A DNA stretch of 64,000 nt from assembly GCF_009914755.1 (NCBI RefSeq), contig NC_060938.1; one strand, written 5' to 3'. The notes under the pieces were generated by a model. It saw only the letters and a program-made list of their open reading frames with translations, was not told where the DNA came from and did not search any database. Within the stretch, counting starts at the first letter, position 1, and every line of letters starts with the position of its first letter. Positions 12,706-41,865 of this stretch are shown here, one piece after another. A program made the position numbers and the translations under genes. Origin of the DNA: the human T2T-CHM13v2.0 reference genome, Homo sapiens.

Positions 12706-13031
12706 TTAGCTGCTGGGAGGCTCCACTCTCCCTTGTGCTTGACCTTTTGTTTCCACTTTACCAATAGGTCCGACATGTGTTTTCTAAGAGGCAAAAGACA
12801 GATCCACATTCCGTCATCTGTTCAGCATGATGTCTGTGGTGAAATGTGACTAATTCACAGTAACCGTGATAAATAACCCCACAGTGAGCCTCCCATCGGC
12901 CAAGGGGAGTTTTGCTGACAAATTCAGGGTGAGACAGGTCAGGTTTTGTCAACAAATGAGTCCCAAGAAACCTTTTGGTTTCCAGAGCTTTTATAGATTT
13001 TGGAATTGTGGGAACAAGATTTTAAACCTGT

Positions 13032-13325
<294 letters not shown>

Positions 13326-14414
13326 CAGATTTTAAACCTGTATAAATAAATTCAATTCATATTACATGCCACAAATAATATTTAAAAATACAGCTCTGGT
13401 AGTAGGCCTAGCTTCTATTCCAGAAAATGGCAGGCTCTTGTGACTAAAGGAGAGAGGAGGAAATGCGGGTGAGCAGGAAACAGCTCCAAGTGGGGAGATG
13501 AGTGCCTCAGCCCAGTTTGGTGGCTGGTGCACCGTGGGCCGTCTTGTGCGCTGGTGAGATACAGGTGGCCTTGTGCTCCTGACATCTGCCCCCTCCAGAT
13601 GAACTCACAGGACCTGGGCTCATGGGAAGGGACTCTTGGTTGACACTTCTGGCTGCAGTGAAATTGCCATTCAGCTTTCCAAAATGAAAAGTTACCAGTA
13701 TGAACCATCTGGATCAAAGGAGAGTATGTCCTGAAGTGCATTTCTGTAGCAGTCTGTTGAGCAGGCGGGACCAGACTTTGACCCCTCAGATGCACCCCCA
13801 GACCTTAACCTCACTGCCACCTGCCTGGAGGCCCACTGGGAGCAAGAGGTGCAGCTCTCCACCCCTGTGCGCGTCTTCAACTCAACACCATTCACCTCGG
13901 AGTGGGACCGGCCCCCATCTCCTCGTCCCTGGGCCACTGCTCCTTGCCAAAGGCTGGGGGGGAGTGGGGGGTTTGGAGGATGGAGCAGGGAGGGGTGGGA
14001 TTGGGGCTTTCTAGAGTCCAACTGTGCCAGAAGGTGCCTCATCCTCACACCTGTGGCCAGGGCACCCTACCTAATATGACTGCACCTCTCAGGGGAGGTT
14101 TGGCTCACCCCTCCCCACAGCAGCCCCATCAAGCACCTCACAGCAACCCCAAGGAGGCAGCTGCCCACACCACCAGGGTGTGCAGGAGGGAGAACAACTG
14201 AGGGCTGGTGCTCTTCTCTGGGAAGGGCAGGCAAGGCCAAATATGTACAACAAGTAAAATGAAAGCCTAGTCAATTTTCTGTTAAATTAAAAACAGTAAA
14301 ACAGAAAGAAAAACCAGAATGACCATGACATCTGGATTGTAAAGGAAGGAGCACGAGCCTGGCTGCTGCACCGCTCCGCCGCAGGAACCAGGCAGGAGCC
14401 TGGCCTGGTGCTAC

Positions 14415-14593
14415 CTGGCGATCTCGTAGAACACACAGCCGGCGCTCCACAGGTCCATCTTGTACGTGTAGAACCCATCAGTGAGGAGACACTCCGGGGC
14501 CCGGTACCAGCGGGTGGAGATGTATTCCGTGTACGGCTGCTTGGAATAGACACTCCGGCAGGAGCCAAAGTCCCCTAATTTCAGGACATCCTG
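14415..14593 (-). CDS. MOK: MOK kinase exon 7 (179 nt; DFG and TEY activation loop, APE)
   Basis: Encodes QDVLKLGDFGSCRSVYSKQPYTEYISTRWYRAPECLLTDGFYTYKMDLWSAGCVFYEIA; acceptor ttccag, donor AG|gtagca. Confidence 0.96.
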
Positions 14594-15358
14594 CTGGAAG
14601 GGGAAAGAAGCAAGGACAAGTAACATCCCATTATGTGGCTATCATAATACAAACCACTCCAAATATTTATGCACCAGCAGGAAAATTACTAGCATCTAAA
14701 GTAGTCTGTAAAATACAAATTACTGGCTTTCTGAGCACCTCAAAGTGCCTCCAGCAGATGAGGAAGTGATGTCTATTCAGTGGAACAGGTTTACAAATAT
14801 TCTGGCTGTTTCACATATATTTCCAAAATGCCTACAGGTTTGGAAACTGGTTAACCCGTTGGCGCTTCTACAAATGAACAACACACACTAGTCGTCTGTC
14901 CGGTCATGCTGCCAGCTTGCCCAGCAAGGGCTCTTTTAGCCACACAGCCTCAGAGGACTCTGCTGACAGCCAGTGACAGGTGCTGGGAAACAGCAAATTG
15001 TACGGTTTAAACACAGGTAGTTTAGTGGCTTGGGAGTGAGACGGACCTGAGCTCAAATCCTGCCTCTGCCACATTTCCCTCTAGAAGGTTTGAACGGCCG
15101 TCTGAATAGGGTTCATTTTTGTCTGCGGTGTGAAAATGGTGCTTTCAATTATTTTCTTCCAGGTGCAGTCAGTTATGTTGATGGCATTTATTAAATAAAC
15201 CATTTTTTACAACCTGAGAGGGAAAAAAATTACTGTAACAAACAGGCTGTCTAGCCGCATGGACTGAAAGTTCCTCTGGTAGGAGGAGAAAACCTTTCGG
15301 GAAAGATTTTCTATTCAGCTTTTATTCTGATACCCAGCTTTCATGTAAAAGCTCTTAC

Positions 15359-15407
15359 CTTTATTAGTATATTTTCTGGTTTTACATCTCTGTGAAATAT
15401 TCCATTT
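15359..15407 (-). CDS. MOK: MOK exon 6 (49 nt; catalytic loop)
   Basis: Encodes NGIFHRDVKPENILIK; cag acceptor, AAG|gtaaga donor; phases match neighbours. Confidence 0.96.
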
Positions 15408-15519
15408 CTGCATTCAGTATAAAGGAAAAATAGAATTACACTTCATTTATTCAAATTCTTGAATCTGAATGTTAACACATTTTATTAATTTCAGAGCTGT
15501 CAAATCTCCGAGAGCATAC

Positions 15520-15598
15520 CTGTGAATATGATCCAGGGACTTACATAACTGGTACATATAGTGCATAATTTTTTTTTCTGATAATGGGTATCTTCTCC
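15520..15598 (-). CDS. MOK: MOK exon 5 (79 nt)
   Basis: Encodes (G)RRYPLSEKKIMHYMYQLCKSLDHIH(R); tacag acceptor, AG|gtatgc donor. Confidence 0.96.
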
Positions 15599-15804
15599 CT
15601 GTACAATCAAGGAAATAGGCAAATACGGTTACTGATGGTACATATCCTCTTTTTTGAAATAAAAATAATCTATTTTTATTTAACAATGTGTGAAAATCTA
15701 AGTTCCCCTGTAAAAAATAATCTGAAGTAGTCTTAGGAAATATGTAGTGTGCCTACAAAACATACCATTTAAAATTCCATATACTGGCCAGGGGCGGTGG
15801 CTCA

Positions 15805-16092
<288 letters not shown>

Positions 16093-17561
16093 TTAAAATT
16101 ACATAGCACATACATTTTTAATGGAAAATCCCTTTTTATTTTTCTTTTTGGCAGTTTATAGAGGCTTCTTTTACATCCTCAACTATGTATTAGTAGCACC
16201 ATGTAATTTTTAGAATTGTCAAATCTGGGGAAACTGCTAAGTTTCCTTCATATCTGAGCTATAAGATTTCATATTTCAAGTTTTCTATGGAGTGAATGCT
16301 CTTTAATCTTTGAATTGACCATATTCAGAGTATTCCTAGAAGACATCCCAAATGAGATGGCCAGCAATAATGTAACTATTAATATATGGAAGAGACTGCA
16401 AAGCATATAAATGTATCCCAGCCAACCCTTAACAAGATTCCAGACATGTCCACGGCTATTTCACGGTTACGCTAAGAGGGGAAATATGACATAGGAGAGG
16501 TTAAAATAGAAGAGATGGCAGTCTTAACTTTGTGGTTGAAATATCTTATTTTTGCAAATTTAACAAAATCTATAAACATGGTGGAGACACCGCAAGGGCC
16601 TGTTTTGGAAGCCCCGGGCGAGTCAGCTCTATCAGCTGCATAGTGACTCTGCTGCTGCTCTAGCACACGTGGTTTTTCTGAGTTTTGAAACAGGTGAAGC
16701 AGGTTTGGGAAACTGCCAATTAAAAAATTAATAAACAATAAACGTTACTGAAGAATGACAGAATTGTTGATAATTTTTTTCCTTTTTAGTGGAAATGTAG
16801 TAATTGTACCTACTAATGGGACCCAGAGAGTGTTATTTTGATCCATACATACAATGTGTAAGGATGAAATCGGGGCAATTAGCACATGCGTCAGCTCTGT
16901 GAACATTCAGAGCGCATGTGCTATGGTTTCAGTGGGAACAGCACTGAGCAATCGTCACACAAGTAGCATGGTCTGACAGCCTCAGCCGGCCTCGGAGGCC
17001 TTCCAGGACGCTGTCCTTCAGCCTACACTGATTATGAAAATGTTAGGAGTCACTCGTCAACCCAGTGTTCCACTAGGCTTTCCTGTTTATGTGGAGATGT
17101 CCACTTTAAAGGGGGACAGATCACAGTTCAAGAAGCAGTTCAACTGCTTTCAGTCACAGTCCACATGTCTTCTTTCACAGGAGAGGCCGTTTAGCGTGGC
17201 TGGCACAGTCCCCTGCAGCTGCCCTGTACTCAGCACCTGGGCTGGCTGTGCCTTGGTGCCCGCAGCTTTCTACCGTGCTTGAAGACGTCATACCACATGC
17301 CCAGCATCACAGTTTACCCCTGTTCCAGAAGATGTCAATTTTACTTGATTTTAATTTTCAAAGTGTGTGTTTTAAGTTATTAAGTTTTAAATCTGCACAA
17401 TGACCATGTTCACCTAACAGTTTGGAAATCCACTTCCTCCCTCCATGAGCACATATACCATTTGACACTTTTGGTCCTAAGTTTACAATTTCTTTTGAAA
17501 AATTAAAATTATTCTTTTTCTCTACTTAACAAGAATATATAAATAATAGAAAGTAATTTAA

Positions 17562-17774
<213 letters not shown>

Positions 17775-18703
17775 TAGAGACGGGGTTTCACTATGTTGAC
17801 CAGGCTGGTCTTGAACTCCTGACCTCGAGATCCGCCCGCCTCGGCCTCCCGAAGTGCTGGGATTACAGGCTTGAGCCACTGCGCCTGGCCGCAATTAACT
17901 TTTTTGTGTCATACTATCATCTTTTTATTGTTTCACATGATTTATCATCAATTTTCCAGAATTAAAATCAAAAGAATCAAAAGTAAGACCTTTATCAGCT
18001 TTCCCAAGCTGATAATTCTGGAATCTTATTAAATTAATATCTATAACAGATAAAAAGAAAGCAACTTTCCATTTGCCTTCACACACGCAGCAGAATGAAG
18101 CTGCTGGAATTTCATCTCATCAGGTGCTCCTGGGTCCTGTGATCAAACCCAGTCTCACTGCTCCCGACTTACCCCGGCACTCAAGACCCCCTTCAACCAA
18201 TTCCTCTCCACCAAAAGGGTTCTCAGACTCCCACGAGTGGGTTGCTAAGACACATACTGTCCCTCCCCATCTCCACCCACATGTCTGATTCAGAAGGTCT
18301 GCAATGGGGCCCCACAGTCGCCTAACTAGAGCCCCAGGTGCAGCTACTAGTCTTGGGTCCTCGCTTCGAGAACCATGCCCCACCACCCCCTTCTTGTTTA
18401 TCGAATGCTCAGGTGAATTCCCTCATGGACTCTTCTCTGGTTGCTCCCAAAGCTCGCCTGCTTAGTACCTATATTCATGATGTTCCATTCCAGGAACGCC
18501 CTTCCCAGCCATGTCCACACATTTAAATCTTACTCGTATCATAAAATTGTCATTAGAGTCATCTGAACTTGAACTTGGGAAACGTGGAATCTTTTAGGAA
18601 AAGTCTAATCTATCCAATCTTCATAATCACCTAGAAGTCTTTTAAAAAGCTGATTAAAAAGCCTGTAATCCCAGCACTTTGGGAGGCTGAGGCAGGCGGA
18701 TCA

Positions 18704-18971
<268 letters not shown>

Positions 18972-20037
18972 CTAGACCTAATGGAGCCACAAACGGGCAT
19001 GCGGGCCAGGAATCTGTGCTTCTCAGATGCCTTCAGTCCCAGGTAAGAGTCCTCTTCAGGTGCCCACCCTTCCTTGCCTCCCTGGGTCTCCTCCTGGAAA
19101 CTCCCTATTCACAGCCCTAGGGGTAGGGAGCCGTCCTGGTCCCGGGCCAGTAGTTGGGGGTGTTACTGCTGGCATGAGGTATCAGAGCAACAGTGTGGGC
19201 CCAGTAGTCTGAAGTGCTGGAGACCACACCCTTGCAAAGGAAAGCACTGCCTAGCCACTCTCCATAAGCTTCTCCAGAACAAACTTTCCGGGCCCAAGAC
19301 TATCTGGTTCCCATCAGATTCTTGTTTTCAAACAGTTTGAAACAAGTAAAATAGAGTACAATTAACGAGTTACTCAGAAGTTTCTTATATGCCCCTTAGT
19401 GAATTCCAGCAGGCCCCAAAAGCATTTCCCTCATCTGCTCTAGCTATCCTGACCAAGGTAATTTTTACAAGTTAATTTTTACCAAATATTCTCATTAAGA
19501 AGGAATGTCATATATGATACTAATAATTTTAAAAACTTAAGTGAACACAGTGATAAACCAAGGCATTCACTGTGACTCAGCACTAACTGAAGGAATACAG
19601 CTGCCACTGTAGCCTGCAGAATGACGGCATCCCCAGCACACGCCCCTCCAGCGAGGGTGGAGAGAACTACGAACTAGCCATTCATTAAGGCAAATGAGTT
19701 ATTATTATTTTTTTTTTTTGAGACAGGGTCTCACTCTGTTGCCCAGGCTGGAGTGCAGTGGTACAATCAGCTCATTGCAGCCTCGACCTCCTGGGCTCAA
19801 GCCATCCTCCCACCTCAGCCTCCTGAGTAGTTGGGTCTACAGGCGTGTGCCACCACACCCGGATGCTTTTTTTTTTAATTTTTTGGGCTGGGCACGGTGG
19901 CTTACACCTGTAATCCCAGCACTTTGGGAGGCTGAGGCAGGCGGATCACGAGGTCAGGAGATTGAGACCATCCTGGCTAACACGGTGAAACCCCGTCTCT
20001 ACTAAAAATACAAAAAAAAATTAGCCAGGCTAATTTA

Positions 20038-20172
<135 letters not shown>

Positions 20173-21318
20173 TCAAAAAAAAAAAATTGTTTTTTTGTAC
20201 AGACAGAGTCTTAGGCTAGTCTCAAACTCCTGTGCTCAAATAATCCTCCCGCCTTGGCCTCCCAAAGTGTTGGGACTACACACGTGAGCCACTGCACCTG
20301 GCCCTATGAATTTAACTTGAAACAGTTAAAAAAAAAAAAAAAAGAGCAGAATCAGATACAATTTTGTAAAAGAGTAGCTGCCTCTATAGTCAGAGTATGA
20401 GGGAAACTAAACCTCCTTTACGGTTTTTCCTTCATAAATTCCAAGACAGGCTTTCCTACTGCAGATGGCATGAGCCCAGAGCCATAAGCACACGCGCCCA
20501 AATACACAAACTAGGATCGCTGGCGGGTAGCCATGCTCTATTCACCCCAATTACTAACTCACGCCAAAGAATTCAGAGACATTCATCCAGAGACAGTGGC
20601 GGGCAAAGGGCCTTCGCCATCCCTTCCCCAGGCTCCCACACCACTCTTGCCTTCATGGCACACCCGCAGATTGGCTTGCTCAGGTCCTATCCCAAACCCC
20701 CATCTAGCATGCCAGGCCTGAACGTCCAAATGACATTCTTCATGCTGCCTTGCAGCTGAGTGTTCCAGATGTGACTTAGGCTCTGCCTAAATGGGAACAC
20801 TTGGGAAAGATGCTTCTGGCCCAGGTATGGGGGCAGATGAGAGGAGGGAAGGCATCTATTCTGACGGCATGGATCACGGCTGCCTCCTGATCCTGGCAGA
20901 AGAGGCATGATTCCAGGCCTGGTAGCTGCAGCAGCTTTATTCTGCAGAGCGTTGTCAGCGGCAGGGCCAGCAGCCTGATCATGGAGAGCAGAGTTGTGAG
21001 AAGCAACTTCCTATAGGCCAAGCCCAGAGTCTGCTTCTTCAGTCCTCCCAACAATTCTGGCAATCTATCCATATCACAGAGTAACCCCTCTTGAGTTAAT
21101 CAGAGAATAGGGGAGGCTGTTATTTGCAACTAAAAGGGAGAACCAACACATCCACCTACAGCACATTTATTCTTTAAACAGCAACTGGAGAATTCCTTCT
21201 AAAAAGATGCTACTCAAAGCACAGTCCATGAGCTGATGATGGTTCAGGGACTGTTACTGGTCTAAGAGGAGATGACATAAATTAAGAATAACTGTTTAGG
21301 GCTGGGCGCAGTGGCTCA

Positions 21319-21614
<296 letters not shown>

Positions 21615-21769
21615 TTATAGCAATTTGACATGCTGTGACATCTAAGCACGTGATCACTTTTCTGGTAATTCATTTTTACTATATTTTACAAAAATTCTGG
21701 TCTGCAATATATTAGAAATAAAACAACTGGTCTTCTGTGATCGTTTTGGAAACACTGGTCTAAACACCA

Positions 21770-24070
<2,301 letters not shown>

Positions 24071-24753
24071 TTATCATTATCATTATATTTCATCAATTCT
24101 AGGACAGGCTTTTTTTTCAAATTTTACCAACTCTAAAATCAGGATGCATATTTCAATATTTACTACCCTACAAGCACTGTTGGCCATTCTCCTTACATTT
24201 TAACATCTCTGAACCTAGGATGCTCCATGTTGCTCACAGCATCTCAGAGTTGGTGCACTGAACACACTGCCTGGCCTATGGAAGACAATATTTATATAAT
24301 GAATGGAGGTCTACTGCGAGGTCTGTTTTCTACAATCGCTGTAGACAGATATTGAAAGAAATAGATTCAATTTCTTCAATTATACAATTCCTCTACTACT
24401 GAAAATAAATATAAATGTATCCTAAAAATACATATATTCTAAGGCTGGGCGCAGTGGCTCACTCCTATAATCCCAGCACTTTGGGAGGCCGAGAAAGGCG
24501 GATCACGAGGTCAAGGAGATTGAGACCATCCTGGCTAACAAGGTGAAACCCCGTCTCTACTAAAAATACAAAACAATTGGCTGGGCGCGGTGGCTCATGC
24601 CTGTAATCCTAGCACTTTGGGAGGCCGAGACAGGCAGATCACGACGTCAAGAGATCAAGGCCATCCTGGCCAACATGGTGAAACCCTGTCAGTACTAAAA
24701 ATACAAAAAAATAGCTGGGCGTGGTGGCATGCACCTGCAGTCCCAGCTACTCA

Positions 24754-25682
<929 letters not shown>

Positions 25683-25729
25683 TGATCCGCCTGCCTCAGC
25701 CTCCCAAAGTGCTGAGATTACAGGCGTGA

Positions 25730-25936
<207 letters not shown>

Positions 25937-27150
25937 TAGTAGAGACAGGGTTTCACCTTGTTAGTCAGGCTGGTCTTGAACTCCTGACCTCAACTGATCC
26001 ACCCGCACTGGCGTCCCTCCTAAAGTGCTAGGATTATAGGCATGAGCCACTGCACCCAGCTTTATATACATCAACTTTTATGGATGTAGAAAAACTTGGC
26101 TACTTATGCTATTTGTTTTGTTAGTAATTTACTATCACACACATATTTTAAGTCACATATAAAATAAATATTGATATAATGCTTTTTCCACTATCCAACT
26201 TCATAAAAACAATTTTATTTGAACTCTTCATATATATCTTCAACATCAGTGTCTTCTTCCATCACAAAAATAGTTTATCAATCTAAAAATTTTCCATAGC
26301 ACATCATCTTCAGTTTGGCTCAAATTGTAAGATAATACACCATCTAAATCATCTATGATGCTGTCACTAAAATTCTTTTCCAAGTCATAAGTAGTCACTC
26401 ATGTGACAGTAGGACAGTTGTTTTTTATCTGTCCTCTAGGTATAATGTGATTTGTAAAATGTAACACTTGCTATGTTGCTTTCTTAGTGAGATATACAAG
26501 GTTCATTTGTTCTGACATCTAACACAACCATTAGTCAGACCCCCAGGAACAATTGGCTCAGTGTGGGCCAGCCTCTCCTTTTCTCCTGTTCCCCTCAGGC
26601 AACCTCTATAAGTATCTCAAACCAGCCCTGACTGAGGTCACCTCAGGCAAACATGCTCTCTTAAACAGTGCTTTATTGTTCAGAAAAAAGGAAATGAACG
26701 AGCATCCTGGAAAATGGTAGGAGCTTCCCTCACATGCAGGGCAGTATTTTGGAGGGAAAGCTCTGCCTTAAGAGGCATGGAACAGAATGTCGAGCAACAG
26801 CAGATCTGGGGAGCAGAGAGGCCCCTGAGCCAGCGGGCCTGCACACACATGCCCACGGCGGGGCTGGCTGCAGGCGCTCTGCAGCAGAGCTGCCCCTGCT
26901 GCCTCCCGCCACTCTCCCCCAGATCACATGGGCACCCAGAGGGCCTGGGGCTTCCTTTCTTGTTTGCAGCCATGTTCTGAGTAGATGAGCAGTCAGAAAA
27001 ATGCCTCCTGGTGAATGAAGTGACCCTGTACTGTGTATTATATATAACTACAGCACTATGGTGACTAATGATGTTGAGAATAACTAAGCATATATGAATT
27101 ACAAGCCTTAAAAGAGGATCTTAGGTTAGCTTTCAAATTATTCTACGTAC

Positions 27151-27221
27151 CTCGTATTAGCTCATAAATATTCATGTCCATAAGTTCACATATTAGTGCA
27201 AGAGAACCAGATTTTCTGTCA
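27151..27221 (-). CDS. MOK: MOK exon 4 (71 nt)
   Basis: Encodes DRKSGSLALICELMDMNIYELIR; cttcttcag acceptor, G|gtacgt donor. Confidence 0.95.
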
Positions 27222-27605
27222 CTGAAGAAGAAAGCAAGTTTTTAAAATAAATTTTCTGGCCTTAATCAGAAAATATAATCCAATATTTAATTCATTTGTA
27301 AACATTTCTAGTAAACATTAGGTACTCCCACATCAAATACTACAGTGTAATTGCTGAAACAGTAAAGGTTTTGATTTTAAATCAGTATTTCAGATAAAAT
27401 TAACTAAAAATACTAGCAAAACCCAACTTTGAACAAAATTCTAGAAGTTGAAAACAGATATGTCTTGAAAATACATAATTAATTATCAGCAGAAAGAAGA
27501 AAAAGGTTGGGGAGTTGGGTAAGCAAAACAATAAAAGAGGCCAGGCGTGGTGGCTCACGCCTGTAATCCCAACACTTTGGGAGCCCGAGGTGGTCGATCA
27601 CTTCA

Positions 27606-27889
<284 letters not shown>

Positions 27890-29427
27890 TTAGCTAAATT
27901 CCTTCCATGTAATTGGGATAAATCACAATGGGAGAGTAAAAACCAAAAACCAGTCAGGGGAAAAAGAGAAAAACGAGTCACATCACAAGTGTGTGATATC
28001 AACGCTGACACAGAATAGGGACAGAGACTGCTGGCTGAGCCACCAACTTCTGAGTTCAAGCAGGCCCTTAAAGGGTTCCCAGAGTCCTGAGCAAGAGCCT
28101 GTATCATCCCAGACCCTACTCTGGGTGCCTCCAATCTGGCTGGAAGAGGTCTCGGTTGTTCCGAGGTCCATGTGAGATTCTGGACAGAGTACTTTGTAAA
28201 GTGCGTGGGAAGTGCACGACGTGCATGCAGTGTTGAGACTATTACATACAAACTGCACTCTCTGGACCTGGCCCAAATTGACTTCTAAGAACGCTACAGG
28301 ACAGGAACCCACACAGTTATAACAAGACATTTCATTTTGAGTTTAAAACTGTTTCATTCTCTGATTAAAATCTACCAGACTTTAACTGGCAGTGAAGTTT
28401 AACTGGAGTTCCTTGGCCGATCTTACAGGCCAGGCTCCCTCCGGAGCCACAGCGAAGCTTCTACACTGAGGTGCACCCTCTCAGAGTGTCAGTGCCATTC
28501 TAGCCCACAGCAAAGAAGGTCCCAAAACCCTGTAGCCTGACTCCCTGGTTCAGTGAGGTCTGTAAGCACAGCACAGAGCTGTCAGGAAGAAGGCTTCCCA
28601 GGCTCAGGCAGGCACCGAGGGACAAGCTGTGCTCTGCCTTTTTGAATGATAGATAAGCCTTATGGAAACTATTCTATAATTAGAACAGAAATGAAAAATC
28701 CCCAGAAATGTTATCAATTACAGTAAGAAAGACTACAGGAGACTGTTCAGAAATGGCAACTGGCAGGGACAGAATGAGAATGTACAATCCCTGAAATAAC
28801 ACAAACAGTGCTTTCCCAGTAGGTCAAAATTCACACTCAAGACCTTAGCAGCCTAACTGAGCTCCAGGAGATGAACTGTTTGCATGACGGATGCTTTTAT
28901 GATGTGGAGTCACCTAAATGAAGGCATTTCCACATTAATTAAGAATCAGATGCTGGCCGGGCACAGTGGCTCATGCCTGTAATCCCAGCATTTTGGGAGA
29001 CCAAGGTGGGTGGATAACCTGAGGTCAGGAGTTTGAAACCAACCTGGCCAACATGGTGAAACCCCATCTCTACTAAAAATACAAAAATTAGCTGGGCGTG
29101 GTTGTGGGTGCCTGTGATCCCAGCTACTCGGGAGGCTGAGGCAGGAGATGGCTTGAACCAGGGAGGCGGAGTTTGTTGTGAGCCAAGATCACGCCGCTGC
29201 ACTCCAGCCTGCATGACAGAGAGAGAGACTCCTTCTCAAAAAATAATAATAAAAAAAAGAATCAGATGCACATTTTTCCAAATAAAAATGTGATGTAAGA
29301 TGAAGTAAAAATGGTTACTCTCTGAGCTACAAAGTAAATATTCAAAATGTCTACCATGGTTTTCTTTCTTAAAAAGAGATTATTTTCATCAAATTTAGAT
29401 AACTTTTCAAGCTCCAAATATACTTAC

Positions 29428-29517
29428 AAAACCACTTCATGCAACATAAGAATGTTTGGGTGCGGATTCAGGCGCCTCAGTGCTTGGATCTCTCGTAGGT
29501 TGTTGACTTGCTCAATA
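29428..29517 (-). CDS. MOK: MOK exon 3 (90 nt; alphaC helix)
   Basis: Encodes IEQVNNLREIQALRRLNPHPNILMLHEVV(F); tag acceptor, TT|gtaagt donor. Confidence 0.95.
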
Positions 29518-30190
29518 CTATCGTGTAGGTAAAAATGGATAGCTCATTCACAGTTTAGGTCAACTTCAAAATTAGAGTTACTTATTATCCAGGATCACAA
29601 TTTTAAAACTCACAAATATTTCAAGCAAGTTAATCAGGTTTTATTTCTCCCATTAGAAACTGAAGTTAAGCATACCTCATTGCTGCATTAAAAAATCAAG
29701 GTTCTTATAGCTAGAACATACGTTAAAATTTTTCCCATCTAAGATCCTGAAAGAATACTTGGTAGTTTATTTTACATATTAACAAACATAAAAGTAGACA
29801 TTAAAACTTATGATTAATTAATAAGATTAATAATTAAGATTTAGTCTTCAGTTTATAGATACACTATCTGAAAATGAGCATTTCAAAGTTCCAAGAAAAG
29901 ACCCACCCCTCCTTTTTTTTTTTGTTTTTGAGACAAAGCCTCACTGTCATCCAGGCTGGAGTGCAATGGTGCAATCATGTCTCACTGAAGCCTCAACCTT
30001 CCAGGCTCAGGTGATCCTCCCACCTTAGCCTCCTGAGTAGCTGGGACCACAGGTGCATCCCACTATGCCCTCTCAAACTCCCAGGCTCAAATGATCGGCC
30101 CGCCTCAGCCACCCAAAGTACTGTGATTACAAGCGTGAGCCACTGTGCCCGGCCTCTTTCTTATCTTTAATGATGCTATACTCTTTTTGA

Positions 30191-30703
<513 letters not shown>

Positions 30704-30878
30704 TAATTCAATTCACCAGAAATTTTCATCTCAGGGGCTCCAAAAGGAACTAATTGTGGGACTATTTTTTCAACTGGCAAATTCTGTTCTATAAACTTTT
30801 AACATATATTGGAAAGTTCAACATTTGTTTGGTTATTTGAAGAGTACCCAGTAGTAGTATAGGTATAGTTTAAAATCA

Positions 30879-31202
<324 letters not shown>

Positions 31203-32374
31203 TTAAGTCACTCTCATGTTAGCCAACAAATAGAAGCCTGATATTTAAGAAGAGCCTGAAAACAGAATAGCCTGAAGAGCCTAAGAATATTTTTGGACTA
31301 AAAGTTCTAGCCCCCATTTTCATTTGTATCCTGTATTTCCTCCCTCACATCCAAGTTGGTATTGAAAGTGTTAGCAACTCGCACCCCAGGTCCACAACCA
31401 ATCAGAAAAGACACAGCCCACCATGCTGGAGCTGGGTCCTCAAAGTGGCCAGAACTAGGGAGTGCTGAACAAGGGGGCTAGGCGAGACTCAGAAGGGTCA
31501 GGACAGCAGCTATTTACCAATGAATACAAATCATTCAATATTCTACAATGCACAGAACAGAAAAAAAAAAAAAATTCCAGGCCAAAATGCCAACAGTGTT
31601 GAGATAGAGAAATCCTGCTTCAGGTGGAAAGAGCAAGAAGCTAACAAGCTAGCAGTAGTTCCAATTTTTGAACACCCGATCTGAAAAACTTAGTTTTTAG
31701 AACCGGGCAGCCAAACAGCTATGCTATTTACACAAATATCCATTCTTCTCCTCTGTAATAGGAAAACCAGTTATCACACCCCAAAACATATTTTGCTTAT
31801 TGTAGATAGGATTCTTTCATGTCTCCACAGGCATTCACTGAGAAATAATGAGCTAAGACAAATATTTAGAAAGGCACATTTTCCTGGATATTGCTAGATA
31901 TCAGGATCTAGCAACTGTTCAAATAACAGTGCTTAATAAAATTCAAATCAACTCTGTCCCCTCTTTTAAAATCATGAAAAAAAAAAAATCTAAAAAAACC
32001 TGGAAGTAAACTACTTTTCTTTGCCTTGGAGTTGCGTTGAATTTTGTTGTCAGGTGACATTCAGTTTGTTTTTGTTTATTGTTCTGTTGGAAACAAAATA
32101 CCACAGAACTGAATGTAAGAGGAATGTAGGCAGCCTTTGCTCCGAAAAGAACCAGATGACATTTACCATAAGTGGAATCTACAAATGGAACAAATTATGA
32201 TCACCAGGACTCAGACTTTTAAAAAAAATGTAAAGATCGGCTGGGCACGGTGGCTCATGCCTGTAATCCCAGCACTTTGGGAGGCCGAGGCGGGTGGATC
32301 ATGAGGTCAGGAGATCGAGACCATCCTGGCTAACACAGTGAAACCCCGTCTCTACTAAAAAATACAAAAAATTA

Positions 32375-32545
<171 letters not shown>

Positions 32546-32559
32546 TCAACTATGAAATT

Positions 32560-41490
<8,931 letters not shown>

Positions 41491-41491
41491 A

Positions 41492-41865
41492 CGTTATAGA
41501 TTGCATGTTTGTGTCCTCTAAAATTCATACGTTGAAACCCTAAACCCCCAATGGGATGATATGAGGAGGTGGGGCTTTTGAGAGGTAATTAGAGCACATG
41601 GCATTAGTGGCTCTAAGAAGAAATGCCAGAAAGACTCTAGAGAACATGCGACCTCTCTCTCTCTCTCTGCTATCTGTCATTTGAGGACAAAGCAAGAAGA
41701 GGGCCACCTGCAAATCCTAAAGCAAGCCCTCGCCAGATACCAGACCTGTCTGCCAGCATCTTAATCTTGTACTTATCACCCTCCAGAACTGTAAGAAATA
41801 AATGTCTGCTGTTTAAGCCAGACAGAATACAGTATAATTTGTTATAGCAGCCCAAGTAGAGGAAG
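41492..41865 (+). mobile_element. MaLR LTR (MLT1A/B-like)
   Basis: GTTATAG...AAAATTCATACGTTGAAACCCTAA...CCTCCAGAACTGTAAGAAATAAATGTCTGCTGTTTAAGCCA...TTTGTTATAGCAGCCC. Confidence 0.8.

Noticed and set aside
16590-16720. Cluster of AP-1-like and CACGTG motifs
   Set aside because: Short motifs expected by chance; no independent support.
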